Shown piece after piece: positions 1 to 9,710 of a DNA stretch of 64,000 nt. Each line of letters opens with the position of its first letter. Within the stretch, counting starts at the first letter, position 1. This DNA comes from Candidatus Altiarchaeota archaeon (GTDB lineage: Archaea > Altiarchaeota > Altiarchaeia > IMC4 > SCGC-AAA252-I15), in contig JAZDNF010000003.1 in assembly GCA_043800255.1 (NCBI GenBank), forward strand, positions 32,001 through 96,000, given 5' to 3'. The notes below the pieces were generated by a model. It saw nothing but the letters and a program-made list of their open reading frames with translations. It was not told the DNA's origin and did not search any database. A program made the translations under genes and the position numbers.

Positions 1-2
1 AA

Positions 3-455
3 TGCGAGGATGAGCTTGCATCGGACATGGACTGGCGGATCAATAAGACTTTTGCAACTGATGCAAATGACAGCTGGGAGGAGCAGACAGTCTGCAGGTT
101 CACATACCACATTCCAAAACTCGGAAGTAGTATTCCGACAAGGTACAGGCAGACATTCTCGATAACAGACCGAACCCTTGAGCGGATGATGGAAGCGATT
201 GTAGAAATTGGAGGAGAAATTTCAGAATCACCACAATACTCCACGACGAGCACGTCCACAACAACAAGTTTATCAACAACATCAACCTTGGCTGCGACTA
301 CCACCATGCCAGAGGTAAAATCCACAGGCATTGGCAGAAAAGCATGGATTCTCGCACTCATACCGCTTGCAGCCGCCGCAGTGTATTATACCAGAAGGCG
401 TCGCAGAACTGGCCTTGCGGGAGACAGAAACCTCAGTGAACTTCGTCAACTATAA
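3..455 (+). CDS. C-terminal part of a membrane-anchored surface protein (5' partial)
   Basis: Frame is open from the window start. Thr/Ser-rich linker, hydrophobic segment AWILALIPLAAAAVYY, then RRRRR (C-terminal anchor). Confidence 0.7.
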   Translation, partial: CEDELASDMDWRINKTFATDANDSWEEQTVCRFTYHIPKLGSSIPTRYRQTFSITDRTLERMMEAIVEIGGEISESPQYSTTSTSTTTSLSTTSTLAATTTMPEVKSTGIGRKAWILALIPLAAAAVYYTRRRRRTGLAGDRNLSELRQL

Positions 456-2052
456 GCTCGAGCTGGTCTGAGAACTCGTTATATTTGACCCTGCCGACGA
501 GCGACACCTGCCTCTCGAGCAGGTTCTTCTTTGCGCCTTTCAACGGTGCCGTCTCGTCCTGGCGCTCCCCTATGATGTTCATAGCATCGTCCACCGTCAG
601 GTTCAGAAGCTTCTCCGAGTTGTCGCCGAACAGCACCGCCCTGACGGTACCAGTCTCATCTTCGACTGTGATTGACGCCACCATGTTCAGGTTCGGGTCA
701 ACGTCACCGCACATCTCACAGAACCATGATGTGCTAAGATTCTGGACCTTCTTGCCGCAGCCGGGGCAGGTCATGAATATGAGCGGTTTCTCGGTGTCCA
801 AATCGACTATCGTACCGGTAACCCTCACCCGCTTGTCGTTTACGTCCAAGTCGGCTATCTTCCTCGTTTTCGTGGAAATCTCCTCCACAACGGAGAGCGC
901 TGGAACATCTATCTTATTGTCCACTAATATCTTGCCGTATTTTCCGACGTGCAACTCCGGTTCCAGGTTCAGGTTGGCTTTCGAGTAAACGTTCTCCAGC
1001 TTGACCGCGTCGCCCACCCGTATTTTGCCAGCATCATGTGCCTTATCATCCCATAATACTGTCCGTATTATGCTGGTCTCGTCTCCGATGATGAGCGAGG
1101 CTACTGTGCCCTTCGAATACTCTCTGGGGGGGTAGACTGTCACCACCCTCCCGATGACGTTTATTGAGCTCATGTCGAGCTTTATCTCAGCTATCTTCGG
1201 CTGGACGACCTTCGTCTTCAGAGGCGGGAGATTCAACTCCTTATTAGTCTCTATAATCCTGCTTCGCGATCCAATGTGAACTTCGACATCGTTGTTCAAG
1301 CCCTGCCGAGCGTAGCCGTTCTCTATCTTCACATACTCGCCGTTCTGGAGCGGAAAGCCTGCAGACCTGTCCCAGAGCACAACCCTGATTCTGCCAGTCT
1401 CATCCTCGCCTATGAAAGACGCCCTAGCTCCCTTGGTCCCGTCGTTTCTCTCGAACTCCTGCCCAGGATAATAGGAGACAATCCTGCAGATGAGGTTTAT
1501 GGCCTGATTCTCAAGCTTCACGTCCGCAATCTTGACAAGGCTTTCCTCGACCTCAGGCAGATTCAATTCCATGCTGGGGTTAACTGCCACGTTGGTCAGA
1601 GAGCTCGCATGGACTTCCAGAACCCCGTTGTTATCTTTAGAATAGCCGTTTCTGATGAGTAAGGTGTCGCCAATGTGCGCCCTCTTCGTGATTTCCGTGT
1701 TCTGATCCCAGAGCACAAGCCGGACCTCGCCCGTATTGTCCAGGAGGATCAAGCTTGCGAATTTACCGACCGTCTTATCCTTCCTCTTGAACTCTCTTGG
1801 AGAGTAAACTACCTTGACTTTTCCAGCTATGTTGACCGATTTCTGCGGCTTTAATCCGGCTATTTCCGTCAATTCTATCTTGTCCTGGTTCAAGTCTATC
1901 CCCAACTCCTTCGCAACAGCGTATACTGCACCGTAGTCTGAGAGGAGGCCGTGTGTTTTCTCCTTCCGCTGGTTCATCCGCTTCTCGATTTCGCCCATAT
2001 CACTGCCGCTTTCCTTTGCAACGCGTTCTATAAGGTCTTTTACGTCGGCCAT
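433..2052 (-). CDS. rpa: Replication protein A (multi-OB-fold ssDNA-binding protein with Zn finger)
   Basis: Repeated OB folds (DxTGxxRxVLWD), CPGC...CEMC zinc ribbon, archaeal RPA-like N-terminus. Confidence 0.9.
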   Translation of the reverse strand: MADVKDLIERVAKESGSDMGEIEKRMNQRKEKTHGLLSDYGAVYAVAKELGIDLNQDKIELTEIAGLKPQKSVNIAGKVKVVYSPREFKRKDKTVGKFASLILLDNTGEVRLVLWDQNTEITKRAHIGDTLLIRNGYSKDNNGVLEVHASSLTNVAVNPSMELNLPEVEESLVKIADVKLENQAINLICRIVSYYPGQEFERNDGTKGARASFIGEDETGRIRVVLWDRSAGFPLQNGEYVKIENGYARQGLNNDVEVHIGSRSRIIETNKELNLPPLKTKVVQPKIAEIKLDMSSINVIGRVVTVYPPREYSKGTVASLIIGDETSIIRTVLWDDKAHDAGKIRVGDAVKLENVYSKANLNLEPELHVGKYGKILVDNKIDVPALSVVEEISTKTRKIADLDVNDKRVRVTGTIVDLDTEKPLIFMTCPGCGKKVQNLSTSWFCEMCGDVDPNLNMVASITVEDETGTVRAVLFGDNSEKLLNLTVDDAMNIIGERQDETAPLKGAKKNLLERQVSLVGRVKYNEFSDQLELIVDEVH

Positions 2053-2105
2053 AGTCTAAAATTTGGAATGTACGTTAAAAAGTCTTTTTCCCAGGAGATG
2101 GAGAA

Positions 2106-2912
2106 TCACAACCCTCTCAGGCCTTTCCCTTTTATGAGGTAGAAGAAGGCTGCGAGGAGCACCACCCCTATGACAACTAGAACCCCTACGATGATTAAGC
2201 CGTAAAGCCATGAGGGCATTCCGCCGCCGCATGCCTTGCATGGGCCGCCGCAGTCAACGCCGGTCTCGCCCTGGTTCCTGATGCCGTCAGCGCATGTGCC
2301 AGCACCGCCGACCGTCGACAGCGTGGACGTCGTGTTGGATTTCGCAGATTCATCCGCCTTGTCCCCCCCAAGCAGTTTGTCGACAATAGACTTTGACGTT
2401 GTCGTCGTCTCCCGCTGTATGGTGGATTGAGAAGCCTTTACTGTTGTCGTCACCTTGGAGCCTGGGCACGGGTCGCACGGGCCGCCGCAGTCAACACCGC
2501 CCTCCCCCTGGTTCCTGATGCCATCAGCGCATGTCGGCTTCGGAGCCGAGCCCCCAGCAGAAAGGTCGAAGTCAGACTGTATTTCACCCGAGATTGCGAC
2601 ATCACTACGTTCTGCAGGATTCGATGTCATTCTACTAGTCACATACCAGCTTAGAGGCTCATTGAAAGACGCTCCCTCATCTCTCTCAGATTCTGGATCG
2701 TCAAGGATAACCGTAAGCTGGTAGTAGCCACCCTCAAATGTCGTTGTCTTGAACTCGTCTCCAGAGGCGGAAACTGCCTTTATTTCGATATCCTTACCGA
2801 CGAGTTTGCCGTCCAGGTATGCGTGACCCTCATAGTATGCTGGAATTGGAGGGAACGCTATGGCGGAGCTGATGGCAGCTAGGAACAGGCTGAAATACAG
2901 CAGTTTTTTCAT
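2106..2912 (-). CDS. Membrane-anchored surface protein with two Cys-rich repeats
   Basis: Signal peptide, beta-rich domain, 2x TCADGIRNQGExGVDCGGPC, Thr-rich linker, C-terminal TM. Confidence 0.75.
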   Translation of the reverse strand: MKKLLYFSLFLAAISSAIAFPPIPAYYEGHAYLDGKLVGKDIEIKAVSASGDEFKTTTFEGGYYQLTVILDDPESERDEGASFNEPLSWYVTSRMTSNPAERSDVAISGEIQSDFDLSAGGSAPKPTCADGIRNQGEGGVDCGGPCDPCPGSKVTTTVKASQSTIQRETTTTSKSIVDKLLGGDKADESAKSNTTSTLSTVGGAGTCADGIRNQGETGVDCGGPCKACGGGMPSWLYGLIIVGVLVVIGVVLLAAFFYLIKGKGLRGL

Positions 2913-3460
2913 CTTTTCCTCGAGCTTATTATATATGACAGCATGATGCCTATTATTATGCCTACGAGTATTAGAAACTGCGGCGCAATCGACGCTTTTT
3001 CTCCGCCAGCTGGGGGAAGGCCTACAGTCGATGTCGGCATCTCATCCTTGATTGTTTCGTTGGACAGCAACACAACATTGAAGTCCTTAGTGAACTCCCC
3101 GGAGTGGGCTTTCACCTTGCCAGGTTCGGGGATGCTGGCAACCGTCCCATCGACATACCATGTCAGCAGGTCTCCGTTCTTAGCGCCGTCCACCGTGCTG
3201 CCGTTAACATCGTTCTCGAACACGACAAGGATAAAAAAATAGCCATTATCCTCAATCACTGGGCCCTGCCCGACAATCTCGTCCGTGCCGGTTACCTTGA
3301 CTGTGATGTTGGTGTCCTTAGCAGCAGGCTTGTTGTCAACGTAAACGTAACCCTCAAACGCGTGCGGGATGAACTGGGGGATGAACTGCGGTGAAACGAA
3401 ACCTAACAGTATCAGAAATGACACGGAAACAAACAGGTTTTTACGCCAGAACGTAACCAT
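2909..3460 (-). CDS. Membrane-anchored surface protein, paralog of the 2106-2912 N-terminal domain
   Basis: Signal peptide. PHAFEGYVYVD...DGAKNGDLLTWYVDG matches PAYYEGHAYLD...EGASFNEPLSWYV. C-terminal TM; 4-nt overlap with the next gene. Confidence 0.7.
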   Translation of the reverse strand: MVTFWRKNLFVSVSFLILLGFVSPQFIPQFIPHAFEGYVYVDNKPAAKDTNITVKVTGTDEIVGQGPVIEDNGYFFILVVFENDVNGSTVDGAKNGDLLTWYVDGTVASIPEPGKVKAHSGEFTKDFNVVLLSNETIKDEMPTSTVGLPPAGGEKASIAPQFLILVGIIIGIMLSYIISSRKR

Positions 3461-3483
3461 AGTGGATAAGATAAGGGTTATAG

Positions 3484-3516
3484 AATAAAAGAATAGCCGG
3501 GACCTATAAATCCCGG
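3484..3516 (-). terminator. Hairpin plus U-rich tract downstream of 3523-4062
   Basis: CCGGGA...TCCCGG inverted repeat (3497-3516) followed on the minus strand by TATTCTTTTATT. Confidence 0.45.
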
Positions 3517-3522
3517 GCCGCC

Positions 3523-4062
3523 TTATGTTACCGTAAGTGTCGCGCTCGACGCGTTCACCTTAACCCAGTAACCATATCCTGCTATAGAGTAGTTTAAGCT
3601 GTTAGATCCTGGACTCAACGCATATGGATTATAGGATACCCAAGCAGGAGACGCAGACGCATTATACCCGTACACTAGGATATACTGACCGTTAATACCG
3701 CTTAAAGTTGTTGACAACAGTTGCGTAGTTGTCTTAGGATAACCTATTAGATTCCATCCGCTAACCAGACCTATCGCTGTCGAAGATGGTTGGGTTCCAG
3801 TAACGTTCAATGTCGCTGATGACGCGTTCACCTTAACCCAGTAACCCCATTGCACTGAAGTGTAATTTAGGCTGTTAGATCCTGGACTCAACGCATACGG
3901 ATTATAAGATACCCAAGCAGGAGACGCAGACGCATTATACGCATACACTAGTATGTACTGACCGTTTATGCTGGAAAGCGCTGTCGAAATCAGAGTCTGC
4001 GCTGACACATAAGACGCCAATAAAAGAATTCCTGCGACTAAACATATGTTGGTTTTTTTCAT
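3523..4062 (-). CDS. Secreted protein made of two ~91-aa repeats (GWNLIGYP/YNPYALSPG)
   Basis: Signal peptide, AGGAGG Shine-Dalgarno, internal DNA repeat with 273-nt period, many NxS/T sequons. Confidence 0.8.
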   Translation of the reverse strand: MKKTNICLVAGILLLASYVSAQTLISTALSSINGQYILVYAYNASASPAWVSYNPYALSPGSNSLNYTSVQWGYWVKVNASSATLNVTGTQPSSTAIGLVSGWNLIGYPKTTTQLLSTTLSGINGQYILVYGYNASASPAWVSYNPYALSPGSNSLNYSIAGYGYWVKVNASSATLTVT

Positions 4063-4142
4063 CTTCTTTATCCCTCCTGAAAATATGGAGTTAGGGGGCG
4101 TTTAGCCCCCCACTATTCGTCCTGAGTAGTTACGTCAACTCC

Positions 4143-5546
4143 CTACTTCTTCGGAGCTTCCTTAACTACTTGTCCGCCGCCTTTCTTCTTGCTCATAGCA
4201 ACTGCCGCCACAACTATTACTATGACGACAACAACTATTATCAGTAGGCTGCTTGTGCCCTTCTTAGCCACTGGAGCAACAGGTACGGTTGTGACTGGTT
4301 TGACGCTCGTCGTTACCTGTGCGATCGTAGTAGCCTCCTTCACAGTTGAGGTTACCTCAACGGTCGTCTCAGGAGCCTTTACTGTCGTAGTCACTTCAAC
4401 TGTGGATGTGGTCTCCTCGACAGCTCCGCATGCTCCGACAGTCACGGTCTTCTCGTACCGCCTGTATGCTGAAGCATCAATCTGCAGCAGGTAGTCTCCG
4501 ACGTTGGCTGGCGTGAACTTGGCCTGACCCTTTGCATCGGATTCCACGTTGAAGACCTTGTCGTTGTTCAGGAACACATCAACGTCTGCTCTGTCAACTG
4601 CCGTGCCTCTCCTCTCATCGGTCACGACAACCATTACAGGCTGCTTGACACAGAGCTGCGCTCCTCCGTCAGGCCCTGTAATCGCGACTACCATATACTT
4701 GTTGGACCTCCTGACCAGAAGGCCAGAAGAGACAGTAACCGTAACAGTTGAGGTCGCATTCACGCTCGAAGAGTTCGTCGAGATGTTGATCTGCCCGGTG
4801 TAGGTGTCAGTCGAGTTCGACGGAACCAGCACAGTGACAAGTATCACACGGGACGTCCCCTTGGTCAGCAGGAAATTGCTCACATTTAGGATTACATTGG
4901 ATGCACTTATGACGTCAGACGAGTTCGTCGTTCCGACCAGGTTACCCTTCGTAACCGTCACATTCAACGGCGGGGTTCCGCCTGATGCTGAAGCCCCGGA
5001 TGATATCGTCAATGTCCCGGTAGCGTTCGTCGCGTTCTCGGCTGTGTCAGCACTTATTGAAACAGCAACTGCTGACAGGCAGGAACCGCAACTTCCGCCA
5101 CAGTCTGCCAGAACCTCGTCGCCGTTCAATATTCCGTCTGTACAGGAGGCACCGATTGAGAGGTTACATTGTGTCGCTCCACCTCCCCCACCGGCTGCGA
5201 AGACAGATGGACAACCGGATGTTGTGTTAGCAGTTGAACCGCTTACACGGAAGGTTAAACTCTCTGAGTTGTAGAATCCACGTGCGGTACACTCATCGGT
5301 ATCATTTACTAGTAAATTACCGCTATAGATACCGCTAGCATCGGTTGTCATAGTTTGACTGTGACCGCTTGTACCTCCGGTAACGTTTACTGTAATCCCT
5401 GCTGGCGCAACTGACCCGCCTATCAAGGCGTATCCTTGGATACTATAGGGCATACCACAAGGCACCGAAGCCGCATAGCCTATCATGAACAAGGCTAAAA
5501 ATATAAACATACCTACTTTCCTAGAGTTTCCTATCATTTTCAACAT
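4143..5546 (-). CDS. Cell-surface glycoprotein with Ig/carboxypeptidase-regulatory-like domains
   Basis: AAGGAGGT SD, signal peptide, Cys repeat SCTDGILNGDEVLADCGGSC, Thr/Val-rich stalk, C-terminal TM plus KKK. Confidence 0.75.
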   Translation of the reverse strand: MLKMIGNSRKVGMFIFLALFMIGYAASVPCGMPYSIQGYALIGGSVAPAGITVNVTGGTSGHSQTMTTDASGIYSGNLLVNDTDECTARGFYNSESLTFRVSGSTANTTSGCPSVFAAGGGGGATQCNLSIGASCTDGILNGDEVLADCGGSCGSCLSAVAVSISADTAENATNATGTLTISSGASASGGTPPLNVTVTKGNLVGTTNSSDVISASNVILNVSNFLLTKGTSRVILVTVLVPSNSTDTYTGQINISTNSSSVNATSTVTVTVSSGLLVRRSNKYMVVAITGPDGGAQLCVKQPVMVVVTDERRGTAVDRADVDVFLNNDKVFNVESDAKGQAKFTPANVGDYLLQIDASAYRRYEKTVTVGACGAVEETTSTVEVTTTVKAPETTVEVTSTVKEATTIAQVTTSVKPVTTVPVAPVAKKGTSSLLIIVVVVIVIVVAAVAMSKKKGGGQVVKEAPKK

Positions 5547-5578
5547 AACCTCCTTTTATGATTTTAATTTTCTAAACC

Positions 5579-7267
5579 TCAACTTGTACTTCCAGTTACC
5601 GTAAGTGTTGCTGTTGTAGCGTTCACCTTTATCCAGTAACCGTATCCTGGTGTGGAATAGTTGAGACTGTTTGCTCCCGGACTCAACGCATATGGATTAT
5701 AAGATACCCAAGCAGGAGACGCAGACACGTTATACCCGTACACTAGTATGTACTGTCCAGCAATACTGTTTAACGTTGCATTGACTGTTGCTGTTGCCAG
5801 TGTCGGGTATCCAATCAGGTTCCAGCCACTCACCAAGCCAATCGCTGTCGATGTTGCCAGCGTTCCTGTATTGGTCAGGTTCGTCGAGTTGGTCGTCTCG
5901 TTGACCTTAATCCAGTAACCCTGGGTATTTGATGTAAAGTTAAGACTGTTTGCTCCTGGACTCAACGCATATGGATTATAAGATATCCAACCAGGAGACA
6001 CAGACGCATTATACCCGTACACTAGTATGTAGTTCCCGTAGACGCTGGTCAGCGACTCGTTTATGCTCGTGTTGGACGGCGTCACCGGCAGGCTGATTAG
6101 GTTCCAACCCTGTGCCATGGTTATCGTCTGCGTGTTCGTCCAGCCCGGGTTTACCGTGCCCCTTGAGGACGTGTTGGTTGCTGATACTGTGCCGTTTGCT
6201 GCAAGTATGACTGACACGTTCTGCACGAACCAGTACCCGCTAGCCTGCACGCTGAACAGCGGCGGAGCGGCGACTGCTGCTGACTCGTTTGTGGTCACCA
6301 GCGGTGTGCCAGCGAAGGTTGATGCGCTGTAGCTGATTATGTCCCACAGTGTGCCGCTTGAGTTGTACAATAGCACGGAATCCTCGCTGTTGTCGAGCCA
6401 ATCCAGGTATGCCATTGACGCGTTGTAGCAGACTACCGTGTATCCGCCGGCTGTTGCTGCGACGCTTGAATCGCTCGCAACCGTCGTTGAGCCAATTGTG
6501 ATGTTCTGGCCTTCAGCGTTGCTTACTATCCATCCTGTGAGGTTCGCTGTTGAGGTTCCGTTGTTGTATATCTCAACCCACTCGCCATTACAAGTTAGAG
6601 CGGCGGTATCGTTTCCTGATGGGTTCAGGTAGACTTCATCGATTCTCGCACCAGCGACGCCCCTGCTGGGGAGGCTCGTCTGCGCTGTCACAGTGAACGT
6701 CTGCCCGCTTGTGCTCACAGTCGTTGAGCCAGCCATCACGCTGACGTTGGCTGTGAACGTGCCAGCACCGTATGAGACTGGAATCGGCATCGAAATTGTG
6801 TACGCCAGGTTCGTGGCAGCCCATACGCCGCTGTTGTTGTAACCGTAGCCGTAAGTGTAGGCGTAGGTGCTTTGATATCCTTGAACTGGAGCGTACCCGT
6901 AACCTGATGTGTAACCGTATCCGTAACCGTATGCAAATGCTGAGGTTGTTGAGGAACTAACTGTTGCTGTTTGGTTGTCGGAACATGTTACTGCGAGGTT
7001 GGTGTTAGTCCCGTTTATGGGGAGCGCACAATAGGTTATAAGCCCTGACGAGTTCGAAAGGGTCAGGTTCACGGCGCCCGTGGTCATAATAAACTCGTAA
7101 TCGTTTATCGACACGTTGGCCGAAATGCTCGCGCGCTGACCAGCATATATGTTTGAGATGCTGTTCAACGCAACCGTTATTGCAGAACTAGGCCCAGACA
7201 GATATAATAATACCACAATAGCCACCGTAAAAACGGTGGACATTAACCTCTTATTCGTTAGTTCCAT
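5579..7267 (-). CDS. Surface glycoprotein with lamin-tail-like domain and two GWNL repeats
   Basis: Signal peptide, GYGYGYGY tract, LTD-like IDEVYLNP...EWVEIYN...LTGWIV...LDNSEDSVLLY, C-terminal repeats shared with 3523-4062. ATG at 7267 follows a GAGGT SD. Confidence 0.75.
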   Translation of the reverse strand: MELTNKRLMSTVFTVAIVVLLYLSGPSSAITVALNSISNIYAGQRASISANVSINDYEFIMTTGAVNLTLSNSSGLITYCALPINGTNTNLAVTCSDNQTATVSSSTTSAFAYGYGYGYTSGYGYAPVQGYQSTYAYTYGYGYNNSGVWAATNLAYTISMPIPVSYGAGTFTANVSVMAGSTTVSTSGQTFTVTAQTSLPSRGVAGARIDEVYLNPSGNDTAALTCNGEWVEIYNNGTSTANLTGWIVSNAEGQNITIGSTTVASDSSVAATAGGYTVVCYNASMAYLDWLDNSEDSVLLYNSSGTLWDIISYSASTFAGTPLVTTNESAAVAAPPLFSVQASGYWFVQNVSVILAANGTVSATNTSSRGTVNPGWTNTQTITMAQGWNLISLPVTPSNTSINESLTSVYGNYILVYGYNASVSPGWISYNPYALSPGANSLNFTSNTQGYWIKVNETTNSTNLTNTGTLATSTAIGLVSGWNLIGYPTLATATVNATLNSIAGQYILVYGYNVSASPAWVSYNPYALSPGANSLNYSTPGYGYWIKVNATTATLTVTGSTS

Positions 7268-7455
7268 TTGTGACAACCTCGCTTCTTTTTGAATATAAAT
7301 TAATGTAACTTATTGAACGCAATCCTTTAAAAATACCTTTACCGGTATGTTAAACCCGGTTAGGGATTTAAGGACTGATATGATAAGACATCACAAAACC
7401 CACAAAACCCGCCCTAAGTTATTAGACATTCGATTATAAAAAGGTTTCGCTACCC

Positions 7456-9024
7456 TTATTTTGACGTTGCTTCGCCATTATTCCACCTGGCCCTGGCAGG
7501 CGGAAGCACGTGAGCGCCCTTTATCATATATTCCATGGTAGCGTCTTCGGACGGGTTCAGCTGTTTTAGAGTCCATACTAGGTAGTTCTCACGCCGTATG
7601 ACTCCAAGGGTTATAGTATGGACTTCAGCCTGTATCGGGATCTTATCCTCTACTGTGATGTCCGTTATCTGCCTTCGGGTTCCGTTCCTGAGGGTGACAG
7701 ATACTTTGCCGCCCTCGTCGACCGTTTTCGAGAATTCGACGCTGCCCTTCAGCTTGGGCAACAGTAGGATGGCTGCCAGCAGAAGAAGGAGCAAGACTGC
7801 CGTTGCCGTCAGATACAGTTTCGTCCTAGGCACCGGCGGAAGGCAGCGTTTGAGTTCGACCCTTAACATGGATTTTTTGCTTATGGAATCCATGGTAGTG
7901 CCGTTTGAGGCTGAGAGTACGGCGCTTACATCGTAGGATGCGGTCTTGTTCGGGATAACGGCGTTAAATTCCAGCGTCCTGATTCTGTCAGGCTCCAACT
8001 GTCCTGTCGCCTGAACGCCTGAGTATAGGATTCCGTCAGGGCCTGAGACTGTCAGATTCACACTGCCCGAATTCCCTTCTTTGGTTGCGATGACGTCAAC
8101 CGTCAGTTTAGCAGTCTGCTCTCCGCAGTAGTATCCGTAGACGTTGTCAGCTAGGACCTCTGCCAAGCCGAATGCGCCTTTTTCCGGCGGCAGGACAGGA
8201 GCCTCGTTGCCGTAGTTCGTCTTCACAGTATAGTTCTCGCCGGGCTGCAGCGTTATATTATAGTAATATAGTATGACCGCGCTGTCTCCGAGTATCGACC
8301 TTGATGTGTTAACAGTGTAATCCCATGCTGTGTCCTTGCTCTGCTTCCAGTCTGCAACGACAATCCTGCCGGGATAGTTCAATCCCAAGTCAGGGTCTAC
8401 TGTGCCTGTTGCTACGATGGATGGGTTGTCCTGCTGGTTATAGGCTTTCCAATACCTGAAATTCAATTTAGTTCCGGAGTAGTCCCGTTCAGCTGTCATG
8501 AGGCCGTCTCCGGGTATGTAGATTGGAACGCCATCGTTGTAGCCGAGCATCGTGTCTATGTGTATTCTGACGCCTACTGGGATTGAGTTAGCATTGTCGT
8601 TTTTCAGTTTTACTAGGATGGAGGTTCCGTTGTCAACGGTCTCCAGTATCTGCTCCACAACAAGGCCTTCAGGCAGCCGCCATCCTGTCCTGATTACGCC
8701 GTTCAGGTTCAGGGGCTTTTGGATGACGTATTCGTCCATCGGCTGGGCGTTTTTCGGATACTTTGACGTTGAATAATATTTTTCATTCACGTTTAGGGTT
8801 AGGAACGTGCCAGGCCAGGGCTTAGGATAGAGGTAGGTCAGCTTCTCCCAGCGGCCATTGTAGAGGCCGCCTATAGAGAACACGCCTATGTTGTCGCATC
8901 CCTCGACAACAGTATGCACCGCCTTCCGAAGGTTCTGTTCCTCCATGTAGCAGGACTCTTCGGTTATGGCATAGGCGAAATTTGAGAGGAGGAGTAATAT
9001 CAGAAAACCAGCCCCGCATTTCAT
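7456..9024 (-). CDS. Membrane-anchored surface protein with a cytoplasmic C-terminal Ig-like domain
   Basis: Signal peptide, large beta-rich domain (VGVRIHIDTMLGYNDG, DSAVILYY), TM near aa 405, DUF11-like tail (ITVEDKIP...LVWTL). Confidence 0.7.
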   Translation of the reverse strand: MKCGAGFLILLLLSNFAYAITEESCYMEEQNLRKAVHTVVEGCDNIGVFSIGGLYNGRWEKLTYLYPKPWPGTFLTLNVNEKYYSTSKYPKNAQPMDEYVIQKPLNLNGVIRTGWRLPEGLVVEQILETVDNGTSILVKLKNDNANSIPVGVRIHIDTMLGYNDGVPIYIPGDGLMTAERDYSGTKLNFRYWKAYNQQDNPSIVATGTVDPDLGLNYPGRIVVADWKQSKDTAWDYTVNTSRSILGDSAVILYYYNITLQPGENYTVKTNYGNEAPVLPPEKGAFGLAEVLADNVYGYYCGEQTAKLTVDVIATKEGNSGSVNLTVSGPDGILYSGVQATGQLEPDRIRTLEFNAVIPNKTASYDVSAVLSASNGTTMDSISKKSMLRVELKRCLPPVPRTKLYLTATAVLLLLLLAAILLLPKLKGSVEFSKTVDEGGKVSVTLRNGTRRQITDITVEDKIPIQAEVHTITLGVIRRENYLVWTLKQLNPSEDATMEYMIKGAHVLPPARARWNNGEATSK

Positions 9025-9074
9025 AATAGGAATTGAAATTCTTATTATAAATGCCAGAATAATATGTTAACGCC

Positions 9075-9710
9075 ATGTTCGAGATTCCTGTTCTGTTCGA
9101 AGTCAATGAGGAGACGTATAACAACCTGACGTCGCTGGTCCTCAGCCCCTATGTTCTCATCGGCATCACAGTTTTGGTTTTCATAGTAGTCTACGCCATA
9201 GTCCGCCTGCTGGAGAAGAGGGAGGGGGAGAGGAAGGCTTCAAAAGAGTTTGAAAGGATGCGGCCGGTCAGGGCTCCGCCACCATTGGCAGAGAAGCCGG
9301 CGCCGGAAGGCGAGCTCACGCCACATGATAAGCTGATAAAAAGGGAGAGGGAACTGAGGGATAGGGAAGAGGAGTTGAAGATCAGGAAGAAGAAGGAATT
9401 GGAGGAAAGGGAGAAGAAACTCGGGGAGAAGGAGTCTGAGGAAACATTCTATGACGACCGCAATAGGGACGCTAACTTGGATATTGTGGGACGTGAGCCG
9501 GCTGACGTCAAGGAGGATGGACCGGGACTGGATGATGAGAGCACCGAACTGGAGTATAGCCGCAACAGGCTCTGGAAGAGCCTGCGGAATGCTGAGGAAA
9601 AATACGTCAACGACGAGATGGATGAGGAAGAGTTCAGGAGGATAACGGCGAAGAACATGCGCGAGCTTATTGAAGTGAACACCAGGCTCAAGAAGATTGA
9701 CAGACTATGA
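9075..9710 (+). CDS. Single-TM protein with charged coiled-coil
   Basis: N-terminal TM, E/K/R-rich region, 4-nt overlap with the next gene. Confidence 0.65.
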   Translation: MFEIPVLFEVNEETYNNLTSLVLSPYVLIGITVLVFIVVYAIVRLLEKREGERKASKEFERMRPVRAPPPLAEKPAPEGELTPHDKLIKRERELRDREEELKIRKKKELEEREKKLGEKESEETFYDDRNRDANLDIVGREPADVKEDGPGLDDESTELEYSRNRLWKSLRNAEEKYVNDEMDEEEFRRITAKNMRELIEVNTRLKKIDRL

